DNA of 57,253 nt, taken from assembly GCA_051532035.1 (NCBI GenBank), contig JAOPTW010000005.1, forward strand, positions 1-57,253, read 5' to 3'. The notes beneath the pieces were generated by a model that was not told where the DNA came from, did no database searches, and saw only the letters and a list, made by a program, of their open reading frames with translations. The position numbers and the translations under genes were made by a program. This DNA comes from Fibrobacterales bacterium. Lineage in GTDB: Bacteria; Fibrobacterota; Fibrobacteria; Fibrobacterales; JAOPTW01. Below, piece by piece: positions 37,806 to 48,074 of this stretch. Numbering within the stretch: position 1 is the first letter of the stretch; each line of letters starts with the position of its first letter.

Positions 37806-39518
37806 ATGACACCAGAATTTAAGAAATATTACGATGATGAGATGCGCTACCTGAAAGAGTCGGGCGCGGAATTTGCCAAAGCCTACCCTGATATTGGTTC
37901 ATTTTTGGTTGATGGAGAAGACACTGACCCATACGTAGAGCGACTTCTTGAGGGATTTGCCTTTATAACCGCCCGCTGTCGTGAAAACCTTGGTTTTGAA
38001 TTTGAGCAAATGAGTTCCCAATTTATGGAACTCTTTGCCCCTATGCAGCTACGAGAGTTTCCTTCGGTTACTCTGCTTCAATGTAAAAATATTAGTAACA
38101 GAGAAGAGTTCCTCCCTAAAGGAAGCTTAGTATCAAATAATCAAAATTTTAGATCACCAAAATCCATTCAGTTTTCTACCACGTCAGACCTCTCTATCTT
38201 ACCGATAAATATGAATAGTTGTAGTTTAAATAGTCGAGGTACCACCTGCTCGTTAGATTTCGGACTGTTCCCAAAGGCACATTCTGATGACATAACTGCA
38301 GCAACAATTCCACTGTATATTAGCGGTGACAATGAGTTGGTCTGGAGTATCATGCACACCCTTACTCAAGAACTTGAGTCGGTGACTGTAACTGTTGACG
38401 GTACTGAGTACCCAACATCGCTCCCCTATATTATTGCTTTTGATGAAGAACACGCACTGACACCACTCAATCTCGGCGAAATGAGTTCAGCGCACCTCCT
38501 CCGAGAATTCTTCATTTTTAAAGAAACGTTCCGAAGAATAGCTCTTACCATTCCTCCTGCTGTGGTGCAACAAGCCTATCGCTCTTTTACTTTTAATCTC
38601 AATTTCAAAAAACCTATGGATAGCCGCCTTCAAGAATATATCCACAAGGACAATTTTGAGCTTAATGTCGTCCCTGCAGTAAATCTATTTATTGATAAAA
38701 CTGAGCCAGTAAATGTAACTCATCGAAAACATGAGTATTTTGTTAAGCCAGCAAATGGTAATAAACTTCGTATTCATTCTCTTATCTCTGTCGAAGGGAT
38801 AGCAAAAGAAAGTGATGTTAAAAGAAGCTACCGCCCTCATGATACCTATGCAGCGAGTAACTTTAATAGCTCCTATTATACCATGACTACCCGAAAGGAT
38901 ATTTATGATAATCCCTGCTACTATATCTCGGTCTATTCCCCTCATGATGAAACGGTAATTGAAGAGTATCTTTCAATTGATGCCTATTTAACTCATGGCA
39001 TACGTGCTCGAAAAGAGGTCCTCCTTCACCAGTTAAATTATCTAAAGAGCCCTATTGCACCCGATTCAATAACCATTACCAATATTACCAAACCGAGTAT
39101 CCCTATTGAGGCTGTAGGCCCCAAAGCTCACCTTTGGAATATATTTTCTGGTATACATCAATCATTAGGCACCTTTTGCACTGCAGACAACATGAAAGAA
39201 CTACTCCATCACTTTGCGCAGTTCTCTCACCCTGGTAATAAACAATATATCGATACTATCATTGATGTGCAATCAGAACACACCTCAATACCTCATCATG
39301 GAACACTCTATCCTGCTGTTACCATATCTATCTTTTTTAAAGATGAACGGATAAAAGAGTACTCAAAAGATTCTTTGGGAGTACTCTCACTACTCGGCCT
39401 AACCCTTCATACATTTTTATCTGATAATGTTGCGATGAATACTATGGTAAACGTAGTCTTTGACATTGCGCCCGTAGGAATCACCTACCGCTGGGATGCA
39501 TCAATTGACACCTTTTAA
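37806..39518 (+). CDS. tssF: Type VI secretion baseplate subunit TssF (ImpG/VasA), isolated copy
   Basis: YYDDEMRYLKESGAEFAKAYP, DPYVERLLEGFAFITAR, LLREFFIF, NVVPAVNLF...EP; 570 aa. Confidence 0.88.
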   Translation: MTPEFKKYYDDEMRYLKESGAEFAKAYPDIGSFLVDGEDTDPYVERLLEGFAFITARCRENLGFEFEQMSSQFMELFAPMQLREFPSVTLLQCKNISNREEFLPKGSLVSNNQNFRSPKSIQFSTTSDLSILPINMNSCSLNSRGTTCSLDFGLFPKAHSDDITAATIPLYISGDNELVWSIMHTLTQELESVTVTVDGTEYPTSLPYIIAFDEEHALTPLNLGEMSSAHLLREFFIFKETFRRIALTIPPAVVQQAYRSFTFNLNFKKPMDSRLQEYIHKDNFELNVVPAVNLFIDKTEPVNVTHRKHEYFVKPANGNKLRIHSLISVEGIAKESDVKRSYRPHDTYAASNFNSSYYTMTTRKDIYDNPCYYISVYSPHDETVIEEYLSIDAYLTHGIRARKEVLLHQLNYLKSPIAPDSITITNITKPSIPIEAVGPKAHLWNIFSGIHQSLGTFCTADNMKELLHHFAQFSHPGNKQYIDTIIDVQSEHTSIPHHGTLYPAVTISIFFKDERIKEYSKDSLGVLSLLGLTLHTFLSDNVAMNTMVNVVFDIAPVGITYRWDASIDTF

Positions 39519-39529
39519 ATAAGACTATG

Positions 39530-40480
39530 TTAGGTGAGTTCTTTTAACAATTTTTGACACTCTTGAGTGAGGGGAGCATTAAACTCATATTCTAAGCCTT
39601 CCCCATTTTTAATTCTTAATGTTGCAGAGTGAAGAAACATATCGCGAAACCCATGCTCTTTTTTATAATGAGCATTCCATTTAAAGTCACCATACCGATC
39701 ATCACCTAAAAGCGGATGTCCCAAATGGTTAAAATGCGTTCTGATTTGGTGCATTCTTCCGGTTCCAAGAACTACTTTTACCAATGAGCAATCACCATAC
39801 TCTTCGAGCACCTCATAATGGGTAATTGAAGTACGTACATCGCCACCTTTTTGGTCAGTAACAAGAACCTTTGCCCCACCCTCTTTTGTATCGGTACGAA
39901 GGAGGTCGAGTGTAATGGTCCCTTTTTTTTGTTCTAAATGACCTTTTACGAGAGCACGATACTCTTTATAGACATCACGATTTCGCATCTGAGCAGTAAA
40001 CCCTCTGAGAGCTGCTGCTGTTTTTGCAACGAGTATAACTCCAGATGTAGCCTTATCGAGTCGATGAACCAATTGCGCCTTAAAGCCATCTTCAGTTGCT
40101 TTACTATAATACCACACAAGTTCTATTAAACTTTTTCCTGGAGCTTGATTAGACCCTGGATGTACTGGTACTCCTCCTGGCTTATTAAGAACCAGAAGCT
40201 CTTCATCTTCTTGAATAATGTGGAAATTATATTTGAAAAAATCAGGTGAGACAGAAACCTCCCCCACTTCTTTCTCTTGAATTTCGATAGCTTCATAGAT
40301 CTGAATGAGATCACCTTCAGCGAGCATCTGATTTTCTTTTGCCCTTTTGCCATTTACCCGCACCTTTTTCTTTCGAAAAAGTTTGAAAATAAAATTGAGC
40401 GGATAGTTAAAAAGCTCTTTGCGTAAGAACCTATCTATCCGCTGATCTGCTGCGTTGGGGGTGACTTTAATTTCTACCAT
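39530..40480 (-). CDS. RluA-family pseudouridine synthase with S4 domain (RluC-like)
   Basis: QRIDRFLRK, NKPGG, HRLDKATSG, TGRMHQIR, GHPLLGD. Confidence 0.93.
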   Translation of the reverse strand: MVEIKVTPNAADQRIDRFLRKELFNYPLNFIFKLFRKKKVRVNGKRAKENQMLAEGDLIQIYEAIEIQEKEVGEVSVSPDFFKYNFHIIQEDEELLVLNKPGGVPVHPGSNQAPGKSLIELVWYYSKATEDGFKAQLVHRLDKATSGVILVAKTAAALRGFTAQMRNRDVYKEYRALVKGHLEQKKGTITLDLLRTDTKEGGAKVLVTDQKGGDVRTSITHYEVLEEYGDCSLVKVVLGTGRMHQIRTHFNHLGHPLLGDDRYGDFKWNAHYKKEHGFRDMFLHSATLRIKNGEGLEYEFNAPLTQECQKLLKELT

Positions 40481-40568
40481 AGTTAAAATGTAGAAATATT
40501 ATGTAATCTCTGAGAACGTCAGGAGTGAGTTATGAGAATTCTTTAAAGACACTTCTAAAAATGCTTAA

Positions 40569-42143
40569 TTACTTCTCTTTCTGAGCCATCCATGCAAGAC
40601 GAACGCCATCTGCTGCACTGCTCACAATACCACCAGAATATCCGGCACCTTCACCAAGGGGAAAAAGACCTTTAATATTTACAGACTCCATGGTCACGCT
40701 ATCTCGGAGAACCCTAATAGGGGAAGAGGTCCGTGTTTCAGGACTAACCATTATGCCGTTTTTAATATAGCCAGGTATTTTATGCTCAAACTCTTGCATG
40801 CCAAACTGTAGTGCTCTGACCAATTCTTCAGGAAAGAGCTCGTCCATACCAAAACTTTTTAGCCCACACGGATAACTCGATTTTGGAAGGTCCTTACTGA
40901 CTCGTCCTTCGATAAAATCATCAATACGTTGAGCGGGAGCAGTATAATCACCACCACCGACTTCAAAAGCACGCTGCTCTAACTCTCGTTGAAAATTTAC
41001 CCCCCAAAACAAGTCATCACTCTTGGGTTCTACCTGTACAATAATACCAGAGTTTGCAAAAGGTGCAGACCTTCTTGAATAACTCATACCATTGGTGGCA
41101 AGTTCACCGGGCTCTGTTGCACAGGGAACCAATACTCCACCAGGACACATACAAAAAGAGTAAGCAACGCCTACATCAGCAAATTCGCCTTTCGGTTTTG
41201 ATTTTAATACATACTCTGCAGGGCCAACAGCTTTAATATCAATATGAGCATCATATTGATTGCCATTGATAAGTTCTTGAGGGTGTTCAGCTCTCGTTCC
41301 AACGGCAAAGGTTTTCTGTTCCATTGCAACACCATTATCATGAAGCATCTCGAACACATCTCGAGCTGAATGCCCGGCCGCCATAACTAATGCTTCGCAA
41401 GGTATCCACTCATCATTAACTTTAATTTGAGAAACCGATCCATCGGTAACCTTCATATCACTAACATATGCTTCAAAACGGTACTCTACTCCGAGCTCTA
41501 ATAACTTCTCCCGTAAGTTCATAACAATAAACTGTAGCTTATCAGTGCCAATATGAGCCTTACTCAAATATTTCACTTCATCAACCGCACCGCAGTCAAC
41601 AAAATCATTAAGTACTGTTTGGGTAAAGGTATTTCGAGTTCGTGAGGTTAATTTTCCATCACTAAAGGTACCCGCACCACCTTCACCATAGAGTACATTA
41701 CCCTTTGGATCGAGTATTCGTTGCTTAAAAAGCTGACGAATTCCTTTAAATCGCTCTTGAATAGGTTTACCCCGTTCATACAGAGAAACTTTAAAGCCCT
41801 TTTTGGCCAAGTGATAGGCCGCCCATAAGCCGGCAGGCCCAGATCCTACGACATGTACATGATCCGCCATTGGTACAGTATTAGCTATTCCCGCTTCGGG
41901 AACAGGCTTATCCGGATTATTGATGGAGAGGTTTTTTTGTTCACGAATCTTCTTTTCGAGCGAAAACTCAACATTACAGACCCATGAAGGCCTGTGCCCC
42001 TTACGTGCATCAAGAGACATACGTAGAATAGTGAGGTCAGCAATATATTTTGCAGGAACACTAATACGACGAGCCAAGGCTTTCAGAACATCTTCTCGCT
42101 TATTAAGCGGTACTTTTAATTGATTGAAGGTATATTTGATCAT
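40569..42143 (-). CDS. FAD-dependent oxidoreductase (COG2509-like)
   Basis: VGSGPAG, GEGGAGTFSDGKL, SFCMCPGG, ETRTSSP, GEGAGYSGGI. Confidence 0.9.
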   Translation of the reverse strand: MIKYTFNQLKVPLNKREDVLKALARRISVPAKYIADLTILRMSLDARKGHRPSWVCNVEFSLEKKIREQKNLSINNPDKPVPEAGIANTVPMADHVHVVGSGPAGLWAAYHLAKKGFKVSLYERGKPIQERFKGIRQLFKQRILDPKGNVLYGEGGAGTFSDGKLTSRTRNTFTQTVLNDFVDCGAVDEVKYLSKAHIGTDKLQFIVMNLREKLLELGVEYRFEAYVSDMKVTDGSVSQIKVNDEWIPCEALVMAAGHSARDVFEMLHDNGVAMEQKTFAVGTRAEHPQELINGNQYDAHIDIKAVGPAEYVLKSKPKGEFADVGVAYSFCMCPGGVLVPCATEPGELATNGMSYSRRSAPFANSGIIVQVEPKSDDLFWGVNFQRELEQRAFEVGGGDYTAPAQRIDDFIEGRVSKDLPKSSYPCGLKSFGMDELFPEELVRALQFGMQEFEHKIPGYIKNGIMVSPETRTSSPIRVLRDSVTMESVNIKGLFPLGEGAGYSGGIVSSAADGVRLAWMAQKEK

Positions 42144-42264
42144 GCTCTATTATATACTTTCTTTTCACCAAACTTTGGCAAGAGAAGAGTACCTATTATA
42201 AGTTAACGGTTATTTTCTACAACTTCATATACAAATCAGAGTGAAGAGTTGGCGCGTAGACCAA

Positions 42265-43203
42265 CTACCCCTCAACACTACATGTGATTGTACCCTTTTG
42301 TATCGTTTCGATTAAGCCAACTGCTGCCTCAACTTCGCTTTTTTTAATTGCAACACTTTCGACATTAAAACCATAAGGGATATTTTGTGCAGTACAAAAT
42401 GACCGTAGTTCATCAATCACCTCATTACAATGTTTCAATGACTGAACAAGCATATCATCACCACTCGTAAGTATCTCTCTCACATCATCTGGAATTGAGA
42501 TTCCGAGCCATTCCATGAATTCGAGCGTTTTATTTGAGCCGCAGGGGCTGATAGTAAATATAACGGGGACAATAGGCTGGCCCACTTCTACAAACCGGTT
42601 TTTATAATCAGCCAAAGCATTTAGGGCACTCGGTACATTATAGACCATCTGAGTCACAAAAAAAGAAACCCCATTGAGGGCTTTTTTGAGCATACGATCG
42701 GGTTCATCACCAAGAACCGCATGTCTCTCTGGAATCATAACAGCTCCAAGCAAGAGGTCCGGTGCATAGCGCTCTTTAATAATATACGCATCTTCAAGGG
42801 TCATGGTCACCTCTTGATCATCAGAAGCCATACCTACAAATACTGCCGCACCCCCAATTTTTTCAGCCTTTTGTACCCATGATTTTAACTCGCAGTCACT
42901 GTATTTGCCTACACATTTATAGAGCAGTGGTGATAGACCAATCGAATCAAGGTGAGTAGTATAATAATCGATAGGATCAATTGAAGCCATATAGGGAAAT
43001 GGGCGTGGTTTACTGGTTCGGGTTTTCTCATCTTGGACATCATATAATATGAGTCCATCAAGATCACTCCCCGAAACCCTTGTTGCCAATCGGTTAGCAG
43101 CGACTGCGATAGCAGTCTCTTCGGTCCCCACTTTGGGAGGTGTCATTCCGTATAGAATGATATCAGAATCACCACTTTTTATTTTATCAATAAATGTTTT
43201 CAT
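42265..43203 (-). CDS. Methylenetetrahydrofolate reductase-like protein (non-canonical MetF family)
   Basis: YGMTPPK, YDVQDE..R...PRPFPY, IPERH, FFVTQMVY, FMEWLGI; directly downstream of metH; GAGG before ATG 43203. Confidence 0.75.
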   Translation of the reverse strand: MKTFIDKIKSGDSDIILYGMTPPKVGTEETAIAVAANRLATRVSGSDLDGLILYDVQDEKTRTSKPRPFPYMASIDPIDYYTTHLDSIGLSPLLYKCVGKYSDCELKSWVQKAEKIGGAAVFVGMASDDQEVTMTLEDAYIIKERYAPDLLLGAVMIPERHAVLGDEPDRMLKKALNGVSFFVTQMVYNVPSALNALADYKNRFVEVGQPIVPVIFTISPCGSNKTLEFMEWLGISIPDDVREILTSGDDMLVQSLKHCNEVIDELRSFCTAQNIPYGFNVESVAIKKSEVEAAVGLIETIQKGTITCSVEG

Positions 43204-43216
43204 AGAGTTCCTCGTA

Positions 43217-44131
43217 TCAATAACTGAGATTGGGACCGAGCCACCGCTCAGTAGTCTCGATATCCCACCCTTTTCTACGGGCATAATCTTCAACTTGATC
43301 TTTATTAATTTTTCCTACTGAGAAATACTTTGATTGTTCATGGGAAAAAAACCACCCACAGACAGATGCCGCAGGAATCATCATATAACTTTCAGTCATT
43401 TCGATACCAAGTTTCCCTGGCTGCAGGAGTTCCCAAAGCTTTGCTTTTTCGGTATGGTCAGGGCACGCAGGATAGCCAGGAGCTGGCCTAATTCCTTGAT
43501 ATTTCTCTTTTATAAACTTTTCATTGTCAAATTTTTCGCCTTTCGCATATCCCCAATACTTGGTACGTATGAGAAAATGCATACGCTCAGCGAGTGCTTC
43601 AGCCAATCTATCAGAAATAGTCTGGAGCAAAATTGCATCGTAATCACGGTTATCAGCCTTAATTTTAGCCGCAAGTTCATCGGCATTAAAACCACCGGAG
43701 ACCGCAAAGGCACCAATATAATCTTTGAGACCCGTATGCTTTGGTGCGATAAAATCAGAAAGACAGTAATTAGGTTTGCCATCAGTACGTTTTTGTTGTT
43801 GACGAAGGTGGTTTAACGTCATGCGTACTTCCGCACGACTTTCATCTGTGTAGACTTCAATATCATTATCTACAGAATTAGCGGGGAAAATGCCCACAAC
43901 TGCCTTCGCCCAGATCAGCTTCTCGGCAACAATACGATCCAAAAGGTTTTGAGAGTCTTCCATCAATGTTGCTGCTTCATCTTTTAGATCTGGATGTCGT
44001 AAGATATCAGGATATCTACACTTAAGCCCCCAAGCATGGAAAAAATAGGTCCAGTCGATAAAGGGAATAATATCCTTGACTAGAACATTTTCTAAATAGA
44101 CTACTTCTTTTTCTATTGGTTCATATATCAT
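43217..44131 (-). CDS. metH: Methionine synthase SAM-dependent reactivation domain (C-terminal part of split MetH)
   Basis: IDWTYFF, LRQQ, CLSDF, DRLAEALAE, GIRPAPGYPACPDHTEK, ERWLGPNL. Confidence 0.92.
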   Translation of the reverse strand: MIYEPIEKEVVYLENVLVKDIIPFIDWTYFFHAWGLKCRYPDILRHPDLKDEAATLMEDSQNLLDRIVAEKLIWAKAVVGIFPANSVDNDIEVYTDESRAEVRMTLNHLRQQQKRTDGKPNYCLSDFIAPKHTGLKDYIGAFAVSGGFNADELAAKIKADNRDYDAILLQTISDRLAEALAERMHFLIRTKYWGYAKGEKFDNEKFIKEKYQGIRPAPGYPACPDHTEKAKLWELLQPGKLGIEMTESYMMIPAASVCGWFFSHEQSKYFSVGKINKDQVEDYARRKGWDIETTERWLGPNLSY

Positions 44132-44134
44132 TTT

Positions 44135-46888
44135 TTACCACGCAATATCGGGTTTGTTCTCTTTCGCTTCATCGAGAGAGACCGTCTCTATTTTCTTATA
44201 TTTGGCATTGTGAGCATCACGAGATTTCTGCTGCTGCTCCTTGATGTCATTTATGTAAGTCGTTTTTCTTTCATCACTTAAAACACTATCGAGCACTGTG
44301 ATACTCCGTGAAGCATCAGAAACATAGATAACTGGCCCAGAGTAAACAGGGGCTATTTTCACTGCAGTATGTGCCTTAGAGGTTGTTGCCCCCCCAATGA
44401 GTAGCGGTATATTGAGCCCCTTTTTCTCCATTTCCTTAGCCACAGTAACCATTTCATCGAGTGAAGGGGTTATAAGTCCGGAAAGCCCTATAATGTCTAC
44501 ATCGTTCTCTATGGCTATTTTTATGACTTTCTCCCAGGGGCACATGACGCCAGTATCAATAACTTCGTAGTTATTACACCCCATAACAACGCCAACAATA
44601 TTTTTTCCGATATCATGCACATCACCTTTTACCGTAGCCATAAGGATCTTACCGGCTGATGATGACCCACCTTCCTCTTTCTCCTCTTCGAGATACGGCT
44701 GCAAAACACCAACAGCTTTTTTCATAACTCGAGCTGTTTTAACAACTTGCGGCAAAAACATCTTCCCTGATCCAAAGAGATCACCCACCGTATCCATTCC
44801 AGACATCAATGGGCCTTCAATCACATGGATCGGGCGCTTATACTTTTCAAGGGCTTCCATTGTGTCTTCTTCAATAAACTTATCGACACCTTTTATCAGT
44901 GAATGGGCAAGTCTTTCTTCGATTGTTCCTTCACGCCATTCATCCTTTTTCTTATCGTCCCCTCCAACTTCACCTTTTACCTGTTCCGCGTAATCCACTA
45001 ATTTTTCAGTGACTTCCGGGTATCGGTTAAAAACAGCATCTTCTATGAGGTCGCGAAATTCCTTGTCAATATCATCATACATTACCGACATTCCTGGATT
45101 CACAATTCCGGAATCCATCCCCTCTTGAATTGCATAGTAGAGAAAAACAGAGTGCATAGATTCGCGAACAAAGTTATTGCCTCTGAACGAGAATGAGACA
45201 TTACTCACCCCACCCGTCACATGAGCATGTGGTAAGTTTTGCTTTATGAAGGTTACACTATCAATGAAATCTTTTGCATAATTATTATGTTCCTCGATAC
45301 CGGTTGCAATAGTCAATACATTAGGGTCAAAAAAGATGTCCTCAGCAGGGAACCCTACTTCTTCTGTAAGAATCTTATATTGACGACTAATCACCTCTTT
45401 TCGACGATCGAGAGAATCTGCCTGACCATTTTCATCAAAGGCCATAGCAACAATTGCCGCACCATATCTCAGTGCAAGTTTTGCTCTTCTCTTAAACTCA
45501 TCTTCACCCTCTTTGAGACTAATAGAGTTAATGATACATTTCCCTTGGACACATTTAAGTCCGGCCTCTATCACTTCCCATTTTGATGAATCGATCATTA
45601 TAGGACATTTTGCGACATCGGGTTCAGCCATGAGAAGATTTAAAAAGCGAGTCATTACCGCTACAGAATCAATCATCCCTTCATCGAGATTCACATCAAT
45701 AACCTGAGCTCCATTCTCAACCTGGTCAATGGCAATTGCTACCGCTTCTTCGTATTTTTCTTCGCGAATAAGACGTGCAAATTTGCGAGAGCCCATAATA
45801 TTGGTTCTCTCACCAATATTGATAAAATTGGCCTCTTTGGTAATAGCAAGTGGTTCTAATCCACTCAAATGACAAATGTGCTTATTTTGAGCTGGTACAC
45901 GTGGTAATTTACCAGCAACTGTTTGTGCAATAACATTAATGTGCTCAGGAGTAGTTCCACAGCATCCACCCACAATATTGAGGAGCCCATTATCGGTAAA
46001 ATCATCAATGAGAGCAGCCATATATTTTGGCGATTGATCATATTCACCAAATTCATTAGGGAGGCCTGCATTGGGGTGTGCAGAGATATAACAATTTGCT
46101 CTATTAGAAAGTTCCTGAATGTGAGGACGCATCTCTTCAGCACCAAGTGCACAATTCAGCCCGATACTAAACAGGTCTGCATGCTGGAGCGAGTGCCAAA
46201 ATGCTGCTGCTGTTTGACCAGATAGCGTTCTTCCACTTGCATCAGTGATCGTTCCAGATACCATAACGGGATATCGAACACCCTTATCTTCACAATATTT
46301 ATCAATAGCAAAGAGTGCCGCTTTACAGTTAAGAGTATCAAATACCGTTTCAACCATCAATATATCAGAACCACCATCCACGAGACCTTCAGTCTGTTCA
46401 TAATAGGCAGTAACTAATGCATCAAAGGTAACTGCTCTATACCCAGGATCATTAACATCGGGAGACATACTCGCTGTTTTACTTGTCGGCCCAAGAGTCC
46501 CCACTACAAAACGTGGTTTTTCTGGAGTAAGATCAGTATATTTTTGAGCCGCTTTTTTTGCCGCAGTTGCTGCAGCCTTATTGATGTCATAGACGTAGGC
46601 CTCACAGCCGTAATCTGCTTGAGAAATAGTTGTTGCATTAAAAGAGTTGGTTTCGATGAGATCGGCGCCCGCTTCAAGGTAGCGCTCGTGTACTGCTTGA
46701 ATTACATCAGGGCGAGTCAGACAAAGCAAATCATTATTCCCTTGAAGATCTTGGGGATGCTCTTTAAACTGTTCGCCACGAAAGTCATCCTCTGAGAGAC
46801 CAAATCCTTGAATTTGAGTTCCCGTCGCCCCATCAAGAATAAGGATACGCTCTTTTAAAATCTTATGTAACTGATCTATTCTACTCAT
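44135..46888 (-). CDS. metH: B12-dependent methionine synthase: homocysteine, pterin, cap and cobalamin-binding domains (no activation domain)
   Basis: [50 protein letters not shown]. Confidence 0.96.
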   Translation of the reverse strand: MSRIDQLHKILKERILILDGATGTQIQGFGLSEDDFRGEQFKEHPQDLQGNNDLLCLTRPDVIQAVHERYLEAGADLIETNSFNATTISQADYGCEAYVYDINKAAATAAKKAAQKYTDLTPEKPRFVVGTLGPTSKTASMSPDVNDPGYRAVTFDALVTAYYEQTEGLVDGGSDILMVETVFDTLNCKAALFAIDKYCEDKGVRYPVMVSGTITDASGRTLSGQTAAAFWHSLQHADLFSIGLNCALGAEEMRPHIQELSNRANCYISAHPNAGLPNEFGEYDQSPKYMAALIDDFTDNGLLNIVGGCCGTTPEHINVIAQTVAGKLPRVPAQNKHICHLSGLEPLAITKEANFINIGERTNIMGSRKFARLIREEKYEEAVAIAIDQVENGAQVIDVNLDEGMIDSVAVMTRFLNLLMAEPDVAKCPIMIDSSKWEVIEAGLKCVQGKCIINSISLKEGEDEFKRRAKLALRYGAAIVAMAFDENGQADSLDRRKEVISRQYKILTEEVGFPAEDIFFDPNVLTIATGIEEHNNYAKDFIDSVTFIKQNLPHAHVTGGVSNVSFSFRGNNFVRESMHSVFLYYAIQEGMDSGIVNPGMSVMYDDIDKEFRDLIEDAVFNRYPEVTEKLVDYAEQVKGEVGGDDKKKDEWREGTIEERLAHSLIKGVDKFIEEDTMEALEKYKRPIHVIEGPLMSGMDTVGDLFGSGKMFLPQVVKTARVMKKAVGVLQPYLEEEKEEGGSSSAGKILMATVKGDVHDIGKNIVGVVMGCNNYEVIDTGVMCPWEKVIKIAIENDVDIIGLSGLITPSLDEMVTVAKEMEKKGLNIPLLIGGATTSKAHTAVKIAPVYSGPVIYVSDASRSITVLDSVLSDERKTTYINDIKEQQQKSRDAHNAKYKKIETVSLDEAKENKPDIAW

Positions 46889-46913
46889 TATTATTACCTA
46901 AAAAGCTTTTATG

Positions 46914-46944
46914 CAAATATACGCATAAACGCATACCATTGCAA
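46914..46944 (-). promoter_or_regulatory. Promoter of the metH operon
   Basis: TTGCAA-N17-TATATTTG on the minus strand. Confidence 0.7.
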
Positions 46945-47102
46945 AGAATTAAACATCTATTTTTGATTAAAAATAGAAAAGTACAACTTTAAACGTATTG
47001 AAATGGGCAAGGAAAACCTACCCTCAACAATTGAGTACAAGTTAAACCTGCGTCAATTATCTACATAAGTTTGATATATATCAGTAGTAAAGGTGATCTT
47101 CG

Positions 47103-47735
47103 TTAGAGGCTTCCAAAATGCTTCATGAAATGGTATGCTCCAAAAGCACAACCAACCACTGCAAAAAATATGAGGATAATTATCATCGAGATAGTAATAG
47201 CTGAAAGATGTTTATCCGGAACGTCATCAACAATTCTTACACTATTAACATAGTCATTTGATTGATCTTGTGTAGGATTCCCAAGGGGCTTTTGAGAGAC
47301 TGTTTGCGTCACCTTTTCAACTCTCTCTGTTACAACAGATCGCTCCATACCTTCACTTTTGTACATCGGCTCACCAAAAGAGTGACTCACTGGCTGGGCC
47401 ATCCCCCCTTGGGAGAGCACGGGCTCAGAAATATGGTCAGGTTGATGATTATTCATACTCACAACAGAACGCTTCTGTTTAGGAAACGCAAAAACTGATT
47501 TGCCCATTCCAGTCGAAGGAGTTCGAACAGGAAGTTCCCCAACATTAACTTTTTGACACCCTGTACAGACAAGGGCCAATGAATCATTATAGACTTGAAG
47601 TTTTGCATACTCAGTTGCACGATCTGTTGAACTCAAGCTTGAGAGCCCTAGGTCATTCCATGAAGTACAATACTCAAAATCTTCTACTGTTTCTGCATCA
47701 CAAGAGGGACATCTTACCGTTACAGGTTTCTTCAT
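47103..47735 (-). CDS. Hypothetical protein: N-terminal Zn-ribbon-like CxxC pairs, disordered linker, C-terminal TM
   Basis: CPSC...CTGC; hydrophobic C-terminus; AAGGT before ATG 47735. Confidence 0.6.
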   Translation of the reverse strand: MKKPVTVRCPSCDAETVEDFEYCTSWNDLGLSSLSSTDRATEYAKLQVYNDSLALVCTGCQKVNVGELPVRTPSTGMGKSVFAFPKQKRSVVSMNNHQPDHISEPVLSQGGMAQPVSHSFGEPMYKSEGMERSVVTERVEKVTQTVSQKPLGNPTQDQSNDYVNSVRIVDDVPDKHLSAITISMIIILIFFAVVGCAFGAYHFMKHFGSL

Positions 47736-47853
47736 GGCTTTACCTTCACACAAAACGTTTACTTATTTTGAAATGTAACGAATGATTTCTGAATGTAAAG
47801 TGCCCTCTTCTAATTAATATCCAAATTGAAGAGTTTGTGTTGAACGTACATAT

Positions 47854-47884
47854 AAAAATGTCCCCTCAAACATTTGAAGGGGCC
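47854..47884 (-). terminator. Rho-independent terminator
   Basis: Minus strand CCCTTCAA-ATGT-TTGAGGGG followed by ACATTTTT. Confidence 0.6.
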
Positions 47885-48074
47885 TCATCTTTCTTCTTAT
47901 TCCAACCATCTTATACCAAACGAAACGTTGATGGGTACCAGTGACATCAAATGAAGCACACCAGCACATGTAAGTACGGTAACTCGTTATATTAAAACAA
48001 TTTACACAGTTAATACTGTTTTTTGTTTTTCTTTTTATTTTGTACGTTGTATTGAATGGTAACTGTGTGAAGAG

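Noticed and set aside
37806..39518. tssF as a prophage or tailocin baseplate gene
   Set aside because: N-terminal motifs are those of T6SS TssF and no phage structural genes flank it
44135..44137. Selenocysteine/pyrrolysine recoding or an alternative genetic code explaining the metH stop
   Set aside because: The codon is TAA, not TGA or TAG, and TAA ends many genes in the window; the frame is preserved, so it is not a homopolymer indel either
47071..47084. FNR-like box TTGAT-ATAT-ATCAG
   Set aside because: One mismatch, AT-rich, and about 130 bp from the metH -35; easily chance
46889..47102. SAM or cobalamin riboswitch upstream of metH
   Set aside because: Region is AT-rich with no SAM-I or B12-box core, and the promoter lies about 25 bp from the start codon
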